A stretch of DNA of 63,881 nt, filler included, from Reclinomonas americana ATCC 50394 (lineage: Eukaryota), in assembly GCA_048213135.1 (NCBI GenBank). It is 6 parts of 6 records of this genome, joined end to end, with 100 filler letters (N's around TTAATTAATTAA, not from the genome) between each part and the next. Parts side by side here need not be neighbours in the genome. Positions count along the whole stretch, not along the records: positions 18,221 to 42,595 come from PS015733.1; 5 more parts are not named here. One strand, 5' to 3'. Shown piece after piece: positions 23,610 through 36,872 of this stretch. Both the position numbers and the translations under genes were made by a program. The first letter of the stretch is position 1, and each line of letters opens with the position of its first letter. Under the pieces are notes generated by a model. The model was not told the DNA's origin. It saw nothing but the letters and a program-made list of their open reading frames with translations, and did no database searches.

Positions 23610-26600
23610 GACCAAAGGCCCAGAACATGTTGGTGAGGCCGTAGCGCGACGGCATGTCCACGCTCTGCGAGCAGCCCACGTTGGACACGGTGCGGGCCGA
23701 CGGGCGAGCTGCACAGAAACGGGTTAGGCAACGCGCGGGGCATACTGCATGAGGAATCGCACTCACCAGGCATCTGATCGGCGGCGCCGCACGCCGGCAA
23801 CGGCGGCTCAATGGCGTTCAGTGGGGCCGAGGTGCGGTTGGTAAAGTCACAGAAGCAGCGGTTGCCCTGTGGTGTGGCCAGGGAGCTGCCGGGGAGCGCC
23901 GGGTTGCCGGGCGGAGCAATCATGGCACCCGTCGTGGCGTCACAGCCAAAGTACTGTGCGGCATATCATCAGTGCCAAATTGAAAGTGAACAACGCAAAG
24001 AAGAAAAGCTACCTTGACTGGATTGAAGAAGTGGTAGTACCCCTGCGAGGCAAACAATTATGAGTGCAAGGGGGAGATACCATTGCGACAGCAGTGGTCG
24101 TACGCACTCCGCACGCAGTGCCGACTTGCTCATCAGTCACGTTGCAGGAGCCGTCCAGAGTACGGTAGCGAGAGGCCAGCGCGGCGGAACAGGATGGCCG
24201 CGGCCAGGTAAACGCCGGGCACACCAGGCCGGTCTCGAGATCATCCGACGGGTCGCTCAGCTTGCTAATGGCCCCAGAGGTAGCCTTGAGTTGTGCGGTC
24301 ATCCAGTACTGCGCAAGCATTTGTACGGTGAGAACGCAGACGAGAAGGGAAGACGCATCCATAAGACACAAAAACTCACCGTCTTGGTCGGTGCCAGACC
24401 TGTGACCGTGGCAGCAGCACTGAGGGCATTGGCCGGCCAGGCAATCGGACCAGCCGCCGGTACCGCCGTGTTAGACGACTTGGTGTCCGGATCGTAGAAG
24501 AACAGAGAGAACGTTGTGCCGGCGGGCGGCTGCGAATCGGCCTTCACAGTGACAATCAGTGTGCGAGCAATGCCGGTGCCGGCGACAGGCGGGGCTGCCG
24601 AGTCGACTTGCAGTTTTGTCGCGAGGAGTGTGTACGTCAATGGCGTGAATGCCGAAGGCACACCATCCACCCAGTCGTTGTCGTTGATGCGAGCCAACAG
24701 GCGGACCTTGAACTGGTATCCTGTGGCCGGCGACAGATTCCTGCACACGCACAGCAGGAGAGTGAGCTCAGTGACATAGAGCACTGAATGAATAGGTTCA
24801 ATCACGTACCAAATCGTGCAGTCCTTGGAGACGCCGGTAGGCAGCCACGTGCACCACGAGACATCGTCAAAGTTCGCAGCGTTGGCGGGATCCTGCATCG
24901 CGAACACAAAGTACGCCTGCGCGGAAGAGAAGTGGTGAGCTCAAAATCCGCATCAAAGCAACCACACCTTCGAGACACACCTCGGGATAGTTCTGCGTTG
25001 GACCCTGCATGTTGGCATGCAGGTGATCCGAGCCGTCAGCGTACACATTGGCCACGGGCACGCCGGCCAAGTTGGTGTAGCGTCCGGTGTAGGTCTGCCA
25101 TGTGAATCCGCTGACCGCTGTAGGCGTCACAATGCGCGCCTTGAAACTGTACTTGGTCGCCGGCTGCAGGCCAGTGATTGTGGTGGTCACGGTGGTGGCA
25201 CCCGCCGGCCATGTCGACGGAGACACGGTGGCCGGTCCCACCATGGCCTTGGCAATATCGTCCCAGAAGTAGGCCTGTGTGAGTGAGGGACAGAGAGTAC
25301 GGTGAGAAGCTAAAGCGAGTGGATGGGCAACGGCAACAGCAGTGATGCAAACCTCAATCGACATACTGGCCAGTGAGAGTGCGCGGTCGGCAGTCAGTGT
25401 CAACAGCAACGAGTTGGACGAGAGTTCGCTAGAGTCGGCGCCCAGGTTGACATCGATCAGCGTGTAAGCGGTGGCTGTGGGTGCAGACCAGGCACCCGTG
25501 GAGGATCCAGAGGTGAAGCGAGCCACAAAGTTGTAGCCAGTGGCCGGCGTCAGACCCCACACGGTGCACGAGGTGGATGAACCGTCGGCTGGACGAGTGG
25601 TGGTGCACGCGGAAGTAATCGCTGAGGTAACCGGATCCACTCGGCCGACCTCTGCGAAAGCGGGAAGGACGATCAGTGTGCAGTTGTGTGCGCAATCTGA
25701 GCCAGTCTGACAACGGTACTCACCAAACTTGGGATTGGTCAGCGAGGCGCTGGGAGCGGGACCGCTCAACAGCACCGTGAGACCAGTGGTGGACTTGGGC
25801 GCGCTAATCGCCACAGTGGGTGTGCCACTGACTTGCGTGCTCACGCTGGCCGACGCCGACGAGACGAGCGACGAGGCGCCGCCCGTCACCACCAGCTGCA
25901 CCTGGAAGCGGTACGCCGTGGCCGGAGTCAGGTTCACCACCGTGACGCTGGCCGCGGCGCTACCGGCTGCCCACACAAACGGCGACGGCGACGTGGTGTA
26001 CGTCGGTGAGGTGGCGCCGTTGGGGAACACCAGCAGCGTCGCATTAGCCGGCACCGTGCCCGTCACCGTCACCGGCAACACCTGGACAAACAAGGTGAGC
26101 CACAAAGCGCGACAGAGCACACCAACAACACAAAACAAACCAAGCTCGACGTGGGCGACGACGCCGACTGTGTCACGGTGCCAATGGTCAGCGCGTTTCC
26201 CAGTGCCGTAAAGAAAGACGCAGACGCTGCAGATCGCGCGCCGCTTCGGTTGGTGCTCGTCGAAGTGCCGAGAGTGCACCGGGCCATGGCCGTGTACGCC
26301 GTTCCGGCCGTCAAACCGGTCAGAGTGCACGTGGTGGCCGAGCCGTTGGTCGGCCACGTGCAAGTGCTGCTGCTGTAGTCGACGCCAGTGGCAGGATTGG
26401 TAAACTGGAAGCGCGGGTTGTCGGTGGAGGCAAACGTGTGCGCCGGGCCCGTCACCGTCACACGCAGCGACGTGGTCGACGGTACTGCCGCCAACACTGG
26501 TGCCGCCGGTACCTGCGACAGCCATGTATACGCCGTCTTGGCCGACGAAGCGTTGGAGGAGCAGCACTTGGTGGTCGTGGGGCACTGCCGTATGCGCGTG

Positions 26601-27123
26601 TGAGGAGACGAGGGAGGGAGGGAGAGAGAAGAGACAAGAAGAGAGTGAGAGAGATGTACCGTGCTGAGTCGCGCCTTGGCAGTGATCGAATACGACGTGT
26701 TGGCTGTGAGGCCTGTGAGTGTGGCCGTCTGTGTCAAAGAGGAGGCGACCCATGGCACCGACGCCGAGGCTGTGGCCTCGCCATTCTTGAAAATATCAAT
26801 GAACCCGGCGGGGGTCGGCGACGCGGTGCTGCGCCAAGACAGTGAGAGAAGGGGAGGGACGGGGAAGGCCTCGCACACGTGTGTCGAAACTATGTGACAC
26901 CAACAGTCATGGCCGAGGCCGACGTGGGTGTGAGGGTGAGTGTGATCGAGGCACTCCATGTGGTGCATCTGCGCAATGCAAGTTCGTTTAGATTCAGCAG
27001 TGAGAGATACTCTTTCTCTCTCTCTCTGCGATCACGCAACGTTTGAGCGCGTGCGGGAGCCGACAGCAGTGCCACTGCGGCGATAAAGACCACGCAGGCG
27101 ACAAGGAGGTGGTGTGTGCGCAT
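21050..27123 (-). CDS. Secreted heme peroxidase (peroxidase-cyclooxygenase superfamily) with about 7 N-terminal FN3-like repeats
   Basis: Signal peptide MRTHHLLVACVVFIAAVALLSAPARA and repeated (G/N)L(T/S/Q)PAT.Y.F motifs. Peroxidase motifs are YRTLDGSCN, RPSARTVSN, FGQLVAHD, HFVDASMVYGS, AGDVR, HTLFLREHNRIA, LFQEAR, AAFRLHS, DLAAFNIQRAREHGL, VDLWMG and QFEESRDADRYFY. Confidence 0.9.
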
Positions 27124-27917
27124 CTGTGAGTGAGAAAAAAAGTTGATTCATGTATGTATGGGCTCGCGCGCCGGTTGCATGTCGGGTGGCCCTTCAATTT
27201 GAAGGTGGATCCAATGCATCTGCACCCAACTCCCTTCTTTGTTCACATCGGCACTCGTCCTCCGGTGCTCACATAGGAGGTGGAAGGGAGGAGAGAGAGC
27301 GCGCGGCGGGAGACAAAGAGGGAGGCGCAAGTATCCGGAATTTCTCGGAATATCGATCGCAGTGTGATTTTGTTCGCGATCAAGTACATACCGACCAGCC
27401 GGTGGACTGGTGGTGGTGTGGAGGAGGGAGGGAAAGTGGAAGCCGTAGTGCTTGCATGTCCGGCACGGGTGTGTGTGGGTCAACCGCCGTGTGCGCGCAG
27501 CATGTTTTTGTGCGTTGCGTGTTCGGAGTCCGGGTCTGCAAACCTGCACGCTGCGATCATGCCTCGTTTCGGCATGGTGACAGAGTCCAGTGCACGTCGC
27601 ATGCGAGGCTGGCCCCTCCACTGCCACTGGGTGCGGTGCGCTGCGGTCACTGGCACATCTTCCGCGTCGCATTTCTCGCGCAAGCACGGACACAACTGGA
27701 GCCAGCGATCTTGCGAGAGTCGGATGCTCCCTCGATCACCACCACGCAGCTGGTACAGTCCAAGCACTGCAGTCGAGCAGACCTCTCTCACCAAACCTTG
27801 GATACCGGAAGAGCAAAATTTATCCACATTGTCACTGGTTGCAAGTTTCTTTTACGTACAAAGAAGGGCAGCAAATGCAAGCACCCGCCCAAGCTGCGAT
27901 CGCGCCACAGCATGCTA

Positions 27918-28546
27918 TTACATGCACGCCGCCATGACAATCTGGTTCTCCTCATCGAGAGCCAGCGTCAACCGCGACTCCATGTAATCGTTGCTCATCC
28001 AACTCTGATGCGCGTACGCATTCTCCGTGCGAATCACACGCAGTCGGTTCGCCGGCAGACGGCTCATGGAGCGCGTAGCACCCTCCGACACCGCATCAAT
28101 CAGGTCGCTCCTGTGCACACGGAGAGTGAATACCTGTCTTTCTCTGTCAGGAGTCCGCATGATGGGTAACTTGAGCACGAGGTCATCGCGGTGGCGGTAC
28201 GACTCCAGCTGCTGGCGTGACATGTTGGTGTCGTCGACAAGTTGGCGGTAAGGGAGCGCGCTCAACTACACAAAATAAGCACATCAGTCAAGTGTATGTG
28301 CGAGTAAGTGAGTGAGTGAGCGTGACACGCAACAAAGTCCTGGTGGCAGTACGCTGGGCCTGAGTGTGGCTCACGCTCCACCATGCTCTGCGCGGGGAGA
28401 CGAGGGAGAGATGAGAGAGATGAGCGTGTCCTCTTTCTCTCTCACACACGCTCAACTTTGAGATCCACCACACCGCTGTCGGCTGTGCACATGGCGGCGA
28501 GGCAGCAGAGAGCGAAGAGTGCAGAGAGGGCAATGAAGGCGCGCAT
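27918..28546 (-). CDS. Small secreted protein with a C-terminus resembling the I78/potato-inhibitor fold
   Basis: Signal peptide MRAFIALSALFALCCLAAMCTA and 3 exons joined in frame. The C-terminus SNDYMESRLTLALDEENQIVMAAC resembles the I78 pattern TMDY..DRLN..LD....I....CG. Confidence 0.55.
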
Positions 28547-28887
28547 TTTGTGATCAAATCGAAAAGTCAGATATCGCGAGCAATTGGCCGAAGTTGGAGC
28601 GAGAGCGAGTGCTATGGTGGGAAACAGTGGTGGCGCTGTTGTTAGAGGATCGGTATGAGTAGTGTGGCCACGCGTGCAACGACAAGCGAGAAGACTTGAT
28701 GGCGGCAAAATGTGCTCCTGTCCTGTTTGGTTTTCTCTCTCCGCGCGCATGCAGCTGTTGCTCTCTCGTCTGGTGTAACGTACGGCATCCACACACACAC
28801 ACCACTCGTCACCTGCCCGAGTTGTCTCTCTCACTTTCATCACCATGTCCCGCGACGTTCATAGTTTTCTCTCTTTCTCAACACGTA

Positions 28888-29229
28888 ATGGAAGTCGAAG
28901 ACGGACGCAGCGAGGGTTCCTCTTCCAGCGGACGCACCGCCTCAGGTGCATCCGGTTCCGGCGCCAACTTGGTGTTTGGTCGCGAGGTCCGCACACACAA
29001 AGTGGACGCACACACACACTTCACTTCTCTCACACACATGCATGCATGCATCCTTGCAGGTGGCCTCAGGCACCGCTGGCAATCTGCGAGAGACATACGG
29101 GCGTTTGAACAATGCTGGAAGTGTGTTTGGTGTGGTGTCGGTGCCAGAGACGCAGAATTCGGGTGCGTGCACACATGACCTGCACATGCCCACACACACT
29201 CACTCTCTCACCCTGTTGCTCACTTGCTC

Positions 29230-29260
<31 letters not shown>

Positions 29261-31732
29261 CTGTCTGTGTGTCTCTGTGTGTGTGCCTCTGTCTATGTCT
29301 CTGTGTGTGTCTCTGTGTAGACGTGTTCTCGGAGAGTTCCGAGTGGGCGCATTGCTTTGTGGGACGATGCGAGACGCGCACTGAGGACTTGGAGAGCGAT
29401 GCAGAGCTCACGCGACATGCGGCGCAGGATCGGCTGCTGGCCGAGCTGGCGTGGATCACTCACTTGTCCATCAATGCGGCCTTGTTGCCGGCGCCCACTG
29501 CTGCGGTGAGCCACACTGACTGACTGACACCTCCTTCTCCTCCTCCATGCGCTCACTCTCTGACTTGCAGTCGGGCGACTATGCTCATGTCGTGTCCCGT
29601 GCTCTGCATTCGTCGTATTACCTGTCGCTGTGGCTGCGAGTGCCGCTGACGGCACCCAATGTTGCGTTGTTGTTGTTGTTGTGGCGCTTCTCCCTTTCTC
29701 GGTCTCACTCGTGGTGACCGGCAGGGTGAGGACACTTGGCGATGGTGGAACAAGTTCCGCTCTCTTTGCGAGCATCACCAGCAGCTGGGCGTGGGTGCGT
29801 GTGTGTCTTGCTGCAATGTTTTCCTGACGTGTTCTGCTGGCTCATGTTGTACGCAGCGCTGCAACTCACCGACGATCTGCCGTCTGATGAGAGCATTGGG
29901 CGGTGGCTGGGCGAGCCCGTTCGTGCTCTGTTCATTCCCACCACGGTGTTCCTGACGAACCGCAACGGGTACCCGGTGCTCAGCCAACGACACCGCGCCG
30001 TCGTCGCGCGCTTCTTCCGCGTTGAGTGTGTGTCCCGGTGAAGCGAGCCAAATTGTGCTCGTCGACTTATTGGTGCACGCGCTGCAGTACAATGTGCAAT
30101 ACGTGCTCACTGGTGCGTCCGGCCACCCCGAGGGCGACTCGGCGTACCTGTCGTACATCAAGTTCCTGCGTTCCAAAGCTGCCGAGGACAGCGACAAGGA
30201 CCGATTCGAGTCGCCGTACTACGATTACCTGCAAGCACCGCTGCAGCCGCTGATGGACAACCTCGAGAACTCCACGTATGAGACGTTTGAGCGCGACCCC
30301 GTCAAGTACCGGCAGTACGAGGAGGTTTGCTTCCGTCTCTCCTCTCTCTCACCCTCACGCGTACGCACTCTTTCTCTCTCCCTTATCTCTCCCGTTCCTC
30401 TCTTCCCTCTTTCCGCATTTCCCTCTCCCTTCCCCTCCCTTCCCCTCCCTTCCCCTCCCTTCCTCCCCCTTCCCCTCCCTTTCCCTCCCTTTCTCTCCTT
30501 TCCCCTCCCTTTCTCTCCTTTCCCCTCTGTTCCCCTTTTCCTGGTGACTGACTGCCTCTCTCTGCTTCTTGCGCGCCTCCAGGCCGTGTACCAGGCGCTG
30601 TGCGACCGACCCACCGATCGCAGCTACGTGGTGATGGTGCTGGGTGCCGGTCGTGGCCCGCTGGTACGGTGCTCGTTGCGCGCAGCTGAGCGCTCCGGTC
30701 GCAGCATTCGAGTGTGGGCCGTCGAGAAGAACCCCAACGCCGTCATCACACTACACAATCTGAAGCGACGTGAGCACTGGAGCGACGACCTCGTGCAGGT
30801 GGTGTCGGCCGACATGCGTCAATGGGAGGCGCCGGAGAAGGCCGACATTATTGTGTCGGAGCTGCTGGGCTCGTTTGGCGACAATGAGCTGTCACCCGAG
30901 TGCCTGGACGGCGCGCAGCGCTTCCTGGCCGACGATGGCATCTCCATCCCGTGTGACTACATTTCGTATCTGGCACCGCTGCAGTCGGCCAAGTTGTATA
31001 ACGAGGTGAGTGACTGCTGTGGCTGTTGATGATGATGATGAGGGAAAGGGGTGTATTTTTTGCTGATGCGAATCACTTGGTTCGGCAGGTCAAGTCGTTT
31101 GGTGATCTGAAGCATTTTGAGACGCCGTACGTGGTGAAGCAGCACGCGGTCGCCCTGCTCGGCACCCCGCAGCAATGTTTTGTGTTTGTGCATCCGAACC
31201 CACATTTGGCTGGCGGCGACAAGTCGCTCGACCTGGGCATCGATCCGGCCACGTATCCGGCCGGCAACGCTCGCTCCATCACCCTCAAGTTCACGGCACG
31301 CGAGAACGGAATCGTTCACGGTCTCGCCGGCTACTTCCAATCTAGACTGTACAAGAATGTGTTTATCAGTTGCGCGCTGCTACCACACTGCCCCTCGCAT
31401 CATTGATCGCACGACTCTTATGTTGGGTGTGTTTGTGTGTGTACCAGGCATTCGTCCGGAGACGTTTTCCGAGGGCATGTTCAGCTGGTTCGAGTACTTG
31501 TTCCCGCTGCGGGTGCGTGCATGACGAGGCGATGCCGTGCGTGCATGCTCTTATGTTGACGTTTCTCTGCTGCGCACAGATCCCCGTGCAAGTCGAGGCC
31601 GGACAGGAGATTGTCGTGCACATGTGGCGCAATGTGACGGCACAAAAAGTGTGGTACGAGTGGACCGTGTCGGAGCCGTCGGCAGTACCCATCCACAATC
31701 CCAATGCGCGCTCCTACTTTATCGGACTCTGA
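28888..31732 (+). CDS. PRMT5: Protein arginine N-methyltransferase 5
   Basis: RWLGEPV, FLTNRNGYPVLS, DYLQAPLQPLMDNLENSTYETFERDPVKY, VLGAGRGPLV, AVEKNPNA, VSELLGSFGDNELSPECLDG, GMFSWF and IHNPNARSY. Confidence 0.97.
30325..30582 (+). repeat. Polypyrimidine (CCCTT/CCCT)n tract inside a PRMT5 intron
   Basis: More than 100 nt of almost pure C/T with repeated ttcccctccc. Confidence 0.85.
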
Positions 31733-31857
31733 GCTGGAGAGAATAGGGGGATGTTAGAGATCACATAAACAGAGAAGCCCAAGTGGGGGGAAGAAGTAAT
31801 ACATCGTCATCGACGTCCACTGTGTGTCCCACCACCGTCACTTTTGTTGTGTTGTAA

Positions 31858-34800
31858 ATGGACGAGAGCGTGCTCCTCGCACTGCAGGAGCTCTCGTCGC
31901 CGGTGCTGGCGGGTGTACGACGTGCCGAACTCACCGAGTACCTGCAATCGGTGTCGCGCACACCAGGTGCCGCACGCGCCGCACTCGTCTTGCTCGACCA
32001 GCTGAGCGCAGATCAGCATCACCTCGCACACAGTGGTGACGACGATGAATCGCGCTCAGTGGCGGCCATTGTTGCCTCCATGTCCATGCAAGAACGCATG
32101 CAGGTTCTCTCTTTCACACTGTGTGGGTGGCGTCGACATCGAGTTGTCCTCACTCGACCTCGACCAGGCGCAATGGTTCTGCTGCACGGCGATCGAGGAG
32201 GCGGTGTTGGCGCTGGGTGTCACCGACATGGATGAGATGTGTGCATTGCGCGATGAGGTCGCCACCCGCGCACTGGCCGCGTTCTCTTGTGATCCGGGAC
32301 CTGGCGGTGGCTTTGTCGGTCGCAAGCTGTGTCGCGTGTGGGCGCTGAGTAGCCGCTCCGTCGCGCTCATGCGCATGACCACTGTCTCGCCAGTGTCGCC
32401 GCTGTCGCCGGCCAGTGGGAGCAGTATGTCGCGAGGCGGAGGTGGTGGGTTGGGATCGGTCGCGAACGCTGCTGCGGAGCTGGTTGAGTCGGTGGTGTGG
32501 GCCATGAAGGACGATGGATCGCCGGCGGCGTTGGCGTGCTGTCTATGCGTGTTGCGGTCGCTGTCGGACGAGTGGATCGCGGCAGCGGAGACCACGTGCA
32601 CCACTCTGCAACGAAACGTGCTGCGCGCTCAGCTGCTCGACCAAGTGCCGCGCATTTTTGGTGTGTTCTCTCTCTCTGCTTCATCGCGTGGTGGTGGTGT
32701 TCATGTGTTTGTGCGTGTGTAGACATTTTTCGACACGTGCTCTCCATGGCTGCGAGTGATGCTGCCGACGCGACGTGGATCGACCGAGCAGGCGATACGC
32801 TCGGTTCGCTGTCGCTTCTTTCTCGCTGCACTCTCTCCTCGTTGGGTGCTCATGGCACGCGCACAGAGTCACTCATTGCCTACGTATCGTGGGTGCCGCT
32901 GAACGACACGGTCGATCTGTCGTTGCTCATGGCTCTCGATCGCTTCCTGCTGGTGAGAGTACACAAGCCCCTCTCGTGTGTTGCTAGTGAGACTGATCTC
33001 TTTGGCACAGTGCCAAGACGCACGCGCCTGCGAGACGTGCATCGAGTGCATGACGGAGTTGCTCAGCAAGCACTTTGTACCGCCCACGTTTGCCGATTTC
33101 GTGCAGCGCATGTTTGCCGTGTTGCTCGACGCCATGCAGAGAATCGTCGTGCCGCCAGTCGGTGGGCGAAGCCGGCGACGATTCGGTGGCCGCAAGCTGC
33201 ACGGCGACGGTGATGAGGAGTTTGAGGACGACGATGATGGTGATGAGGGGGAAGAGGATGAGGACGACGATGACGATGGCGATGGTGGAGATCTTGCAAA
33301 TCGACAATTGCCTGTCCACGGAGTGTTGCGTGCCTTGGCGTGGTTCGAAGAGAGACAACTCGCACATGTTGGGGGGCTCATGCCTGCATGGCACCACAGG
33401 TGTGGTGAGCGGTTTCCATTCCTGCTGCGCATGTTCGTGGAACGACACTGGCACCGGCTGCACAATTGTCGCGACACGGACGCGGCTACGTTTCTCGACG
33501 CACTGTTGCAATGCACGTGCGTTCACATGCAGTCGCACTTGGCCAGCAACATGGAGGTCATCAGCGAGTACGTGCAAGTGTGGGTGGCTGTTGCAGAACA
33601 GGTGCAACGGTTACGCTCCACAGACTCGGTAGTTGCTCGAGCAGTCAGCGAATCGCCGCAGCTGGCCGCCGCAGTTGACGAGACCCTTCAACGCGCATTC
33701 CAGCAGGTGTGGATTTGCTGCCTTCTATTTCTTACTGCCGGCTGCATGTTCACGCGAGGCGTTCTGTCCGTATGTCGCAGCTGATTGCCAGCGTGCTACC
33801 GAGCGTGAATCGCGCCGTGCTGCGCCTCGACGAGACATTTGTGGACGAGTCTGATGGTCTCACGGATCGTTCGCGGTACCGTGAGCGAGTCGGCGAGGCC
33901 GTTGCCGAGCTGGCAGCGATTGCGTCGACAGAGGTGTGTGTGCATCGCGCGTGTATGGTACTGTGATGCCTCTGTTTTTTAAGTGTGAGTGTGGCCAGGT
34001 GCTGGAGATGGCGTGCGGTCAGTTTGCCACCATTCTCGACCGAGTATCGTCACTGCCAGAGTTCTCCAATGTTGCGTGCACTGATAAGAGTTGCTCATTG
34101 ACCACACACTTTCACTGACCTATGTATGGTCGCGTAGGCCACGCATGCCCTCATGCTGGAAGACGCCGTGGCGGTGCTGCAGCTGCAATCGCACTTGTGT
34201 GCCGTGTTCTCGAGGTGACACACGTGCACAAAGTGTATGCGCAAATCGGTTGATTGAATAACAGCTTGTCTGTGTGCGCAGTGACGCTCTGTTCGAGACG
34301 ACCGCCGGTTATGTGGCCAACATGCTCCACACGAGTCTCATTCTGTGTGCCCGAGCCGTGGAGGACCCGACGGCCGTGTGGTCATCGGTTCACTTGGCCA
34401 ATGTGTGCCAGCAGGTTTCCATTGTCGACTCGCCAGTGTTGCTTTTCTCGCAGTCTCCGCTCACACAATTATTGTCATGCAGGGACTCATCATGGCCTGG
34501 CAGTATGCCGAATGGGCTCGTCGGTGGTCCTCTGGTCTCGCCGCAGACAGTGGTTACGTGCATCCTTGCACGCACACAACTTCTGAACGAATCCTCACCG
34601 ATTGGCGTAGACTCGCAACAATCCATTGGCGCGCTAGCCAACATGGTGCTCAACGTGGCCGCCTCGCTCGTTCTGTGTGTGCTGCCGGCAAACCCGGAGC
34701 GTGGAGATGATGGACCTGGTGCGTGTCTGTGTGTGCGTGTGATGTGTTCGACTCTGAATCGATACTGCCTCCACAGTAATGGACGACACGCACCCTCTGA

Positions 34801-36054
34801 TATCTCGGATTCTAGATCGAGCTGTCGCCGTCTGTTGTCCGTCGGCTTCCTACAATTTGATTCTTCTTTCCCCTGACACTCATGCACGATGCAGGCGGTG
34901 GAAGCACTCTGCAAGGGTGGCGGTGTACTGGAGCAATGCACGGTGCACACTGACGGATACCGACGCTTGCTGTCCATGGTTCAAGCGGAGAACATGTGTG
35001 GCGTGTCAATGACAACTGCTACCATTGGCCGCTACCGACGTCTCTTCACTGCCATTGTGCATCCGCTGTTCTCCTCCAAGTCAGCGGTACGTCGTTGTTT
35101 CGTGTCGTGGTGATTGCGTGCGATACCGCCTCAAATGGGGATTGTTGGCTCGTAGGAGCATCACGACATGTTTCGCTCGCTGGCCTCGCAGGTCCTCACC
35201 GTCGTCACCGACTGGTGTCGTTTCACGGCATTTGTCGAAAGTGGTGCGTGTGTTGTTGCTCTTCTGCAGCCCTCCTGCTCTTGAGCCCGGGGATGCAGAC
35301 TCGTGAGACTGCGCAGGCGATCCTGGACAGGTGGAGACGGCGGCGTTTGTCAACATCATGGCGTGTGTCGAATCGGTGTGTGCCAGCGTGCAGAGCGCCA
35401 GTGCTAGCGGTCGACAGTTGGTGTTTGAGGCCTTGGTGGCGCCACTGGTTGATGCGTTGAGGTTACTGCACGTGCTGCGGGCGGTCTCCGCGTCGCTCGG
35501 TGCGTGCGCCTGTCGATCGATACTCCGCTTGCTGGACCCTTGCTCACCCTTCACTGTGGCAGAGCGCGCCGAGAACGGAGTGGATGTGGTGGGCGAGCTC
35601 GTCAAGTTCCTCGTGGTGGTGGCACAGTACTTTTCACGACAAGTAGGCGCGCCGTTCGTGGAAGAGTGTGTACGGTGCGTTCACTCGTATATGAAGCACA
35701 TGCATTTCTCTCGATTGCGCGTCTCACTCGGCGCAGGTTGTTGCTGAGCATGGTCAGCGAGATTGGTGTGAAAGACGACGCGATGGCGTGTGCCGTGCGG
35801 GACAAGCTCATGCAACAGTTGCGACGCACTCCTCCGCGCTCGCCCTCTCCCTACCACCACTGTGCACTCATCTCTCTGTCGTAGTGTGCTGCGGCTGCTG
35901 ATTTTCGTGGTCGACGAACCCACCAGCTTGTTCCGCTCGCTGTACGATGACATACTGGTGGTGGTGCTGACCGCGCTGTACCCGATGATTACGGCGGTCA
36001 GTCCCCTTTTCTTGCTCTGCCTCGGGTGGTTGCAAGCATTCCTCACTCGACTGC

Positions 36055-36094
<40 letters not shown>

Positions 36095-36872
36095 GGAGTG
36101 TGGTCGGATAATGTGCAGGGTGTGTACACTCTAATCGTGTCGTTTCTTCAAAACCGCTGGTCCTACTTTTTCGAGACCTCCCTGGCCGCGCACGCTGTCG
36201 GTCTGTGGCGCTTCCCACTCCATATGTAAGTTTTTGCTCTGCGAACACTCACGCAACGCAAACAGATCACGGGAGTGTGGTGGAGCAGCACTTGCGCAGT
36301 CCGGCGGTGGCCGAGCAGTTGTCGACGGCCATCCAGACGCTGCTGACGGTGGTCGATCCCGCGTGTAACGATGTGGATTTGTTTCGGTGAGTCATCTTTG
36401 GTTTTGCTTTGCTACGCGGAAGTGAGCTTACCGGGTGTGCAGGCTGGTGGTGGAGGGTCTCGCCACGCTCGGTCGCGTGCACAAGCTGTTTGTGCGCGAG
36501 TTTTTCGTGTCGAGCGTGTTGCGATTGCAGACACTGTACGCCCTGTTGCGCGTGCTGGTGTTCCGCGTCGGATCGGCAGTGGCTGGCCTCTTCCGCGACG
36601 AGGTGCTGGCGCTGGTGTACCAGATCGCCTCGCAGGACTGGGAGGCATTCTATCCGGGCCTGTTGACGGAGCTGCTGGGCGCGCTGCAGCGCGACTCCAA
36701 CGGCTACCTGCTCGACGCCGACTGCCAGCACTTGATGTCGTGCCTCATGCCGACGAACCGTGAACCACCGCACGACATGCCGACGTTCACTCAAGGTCTG
36801 GCCATGCTCGTCGACGATGCGCATGTGATGCTCAGCAGCAGAAGTGCCGCCGCGATTGATTCCGCCAGCTAG
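31858..36872 (+). CDS. XPO6: Exportin-6-like karyopherin, many exons
   Basis: QWFCCTAIEE, FVGRKLCRV, SWVPL, ELLSKHFVPPTFADFVQRMF, FLQNRWSYFF, DVDLFR and the C-terminal YQIASQDWEAFY...DMPTFTQGLAMLVDD, which match the XPO6 pattern. Confidence 0.8.

Noticed and set aside
30021..30088. Non-GT (TT-AG) introns, cutting after the G of GTTGAGT
   Set aside because: The reading frame and conserved residues are restored only by cutting before the G with the normal AG acceptor.
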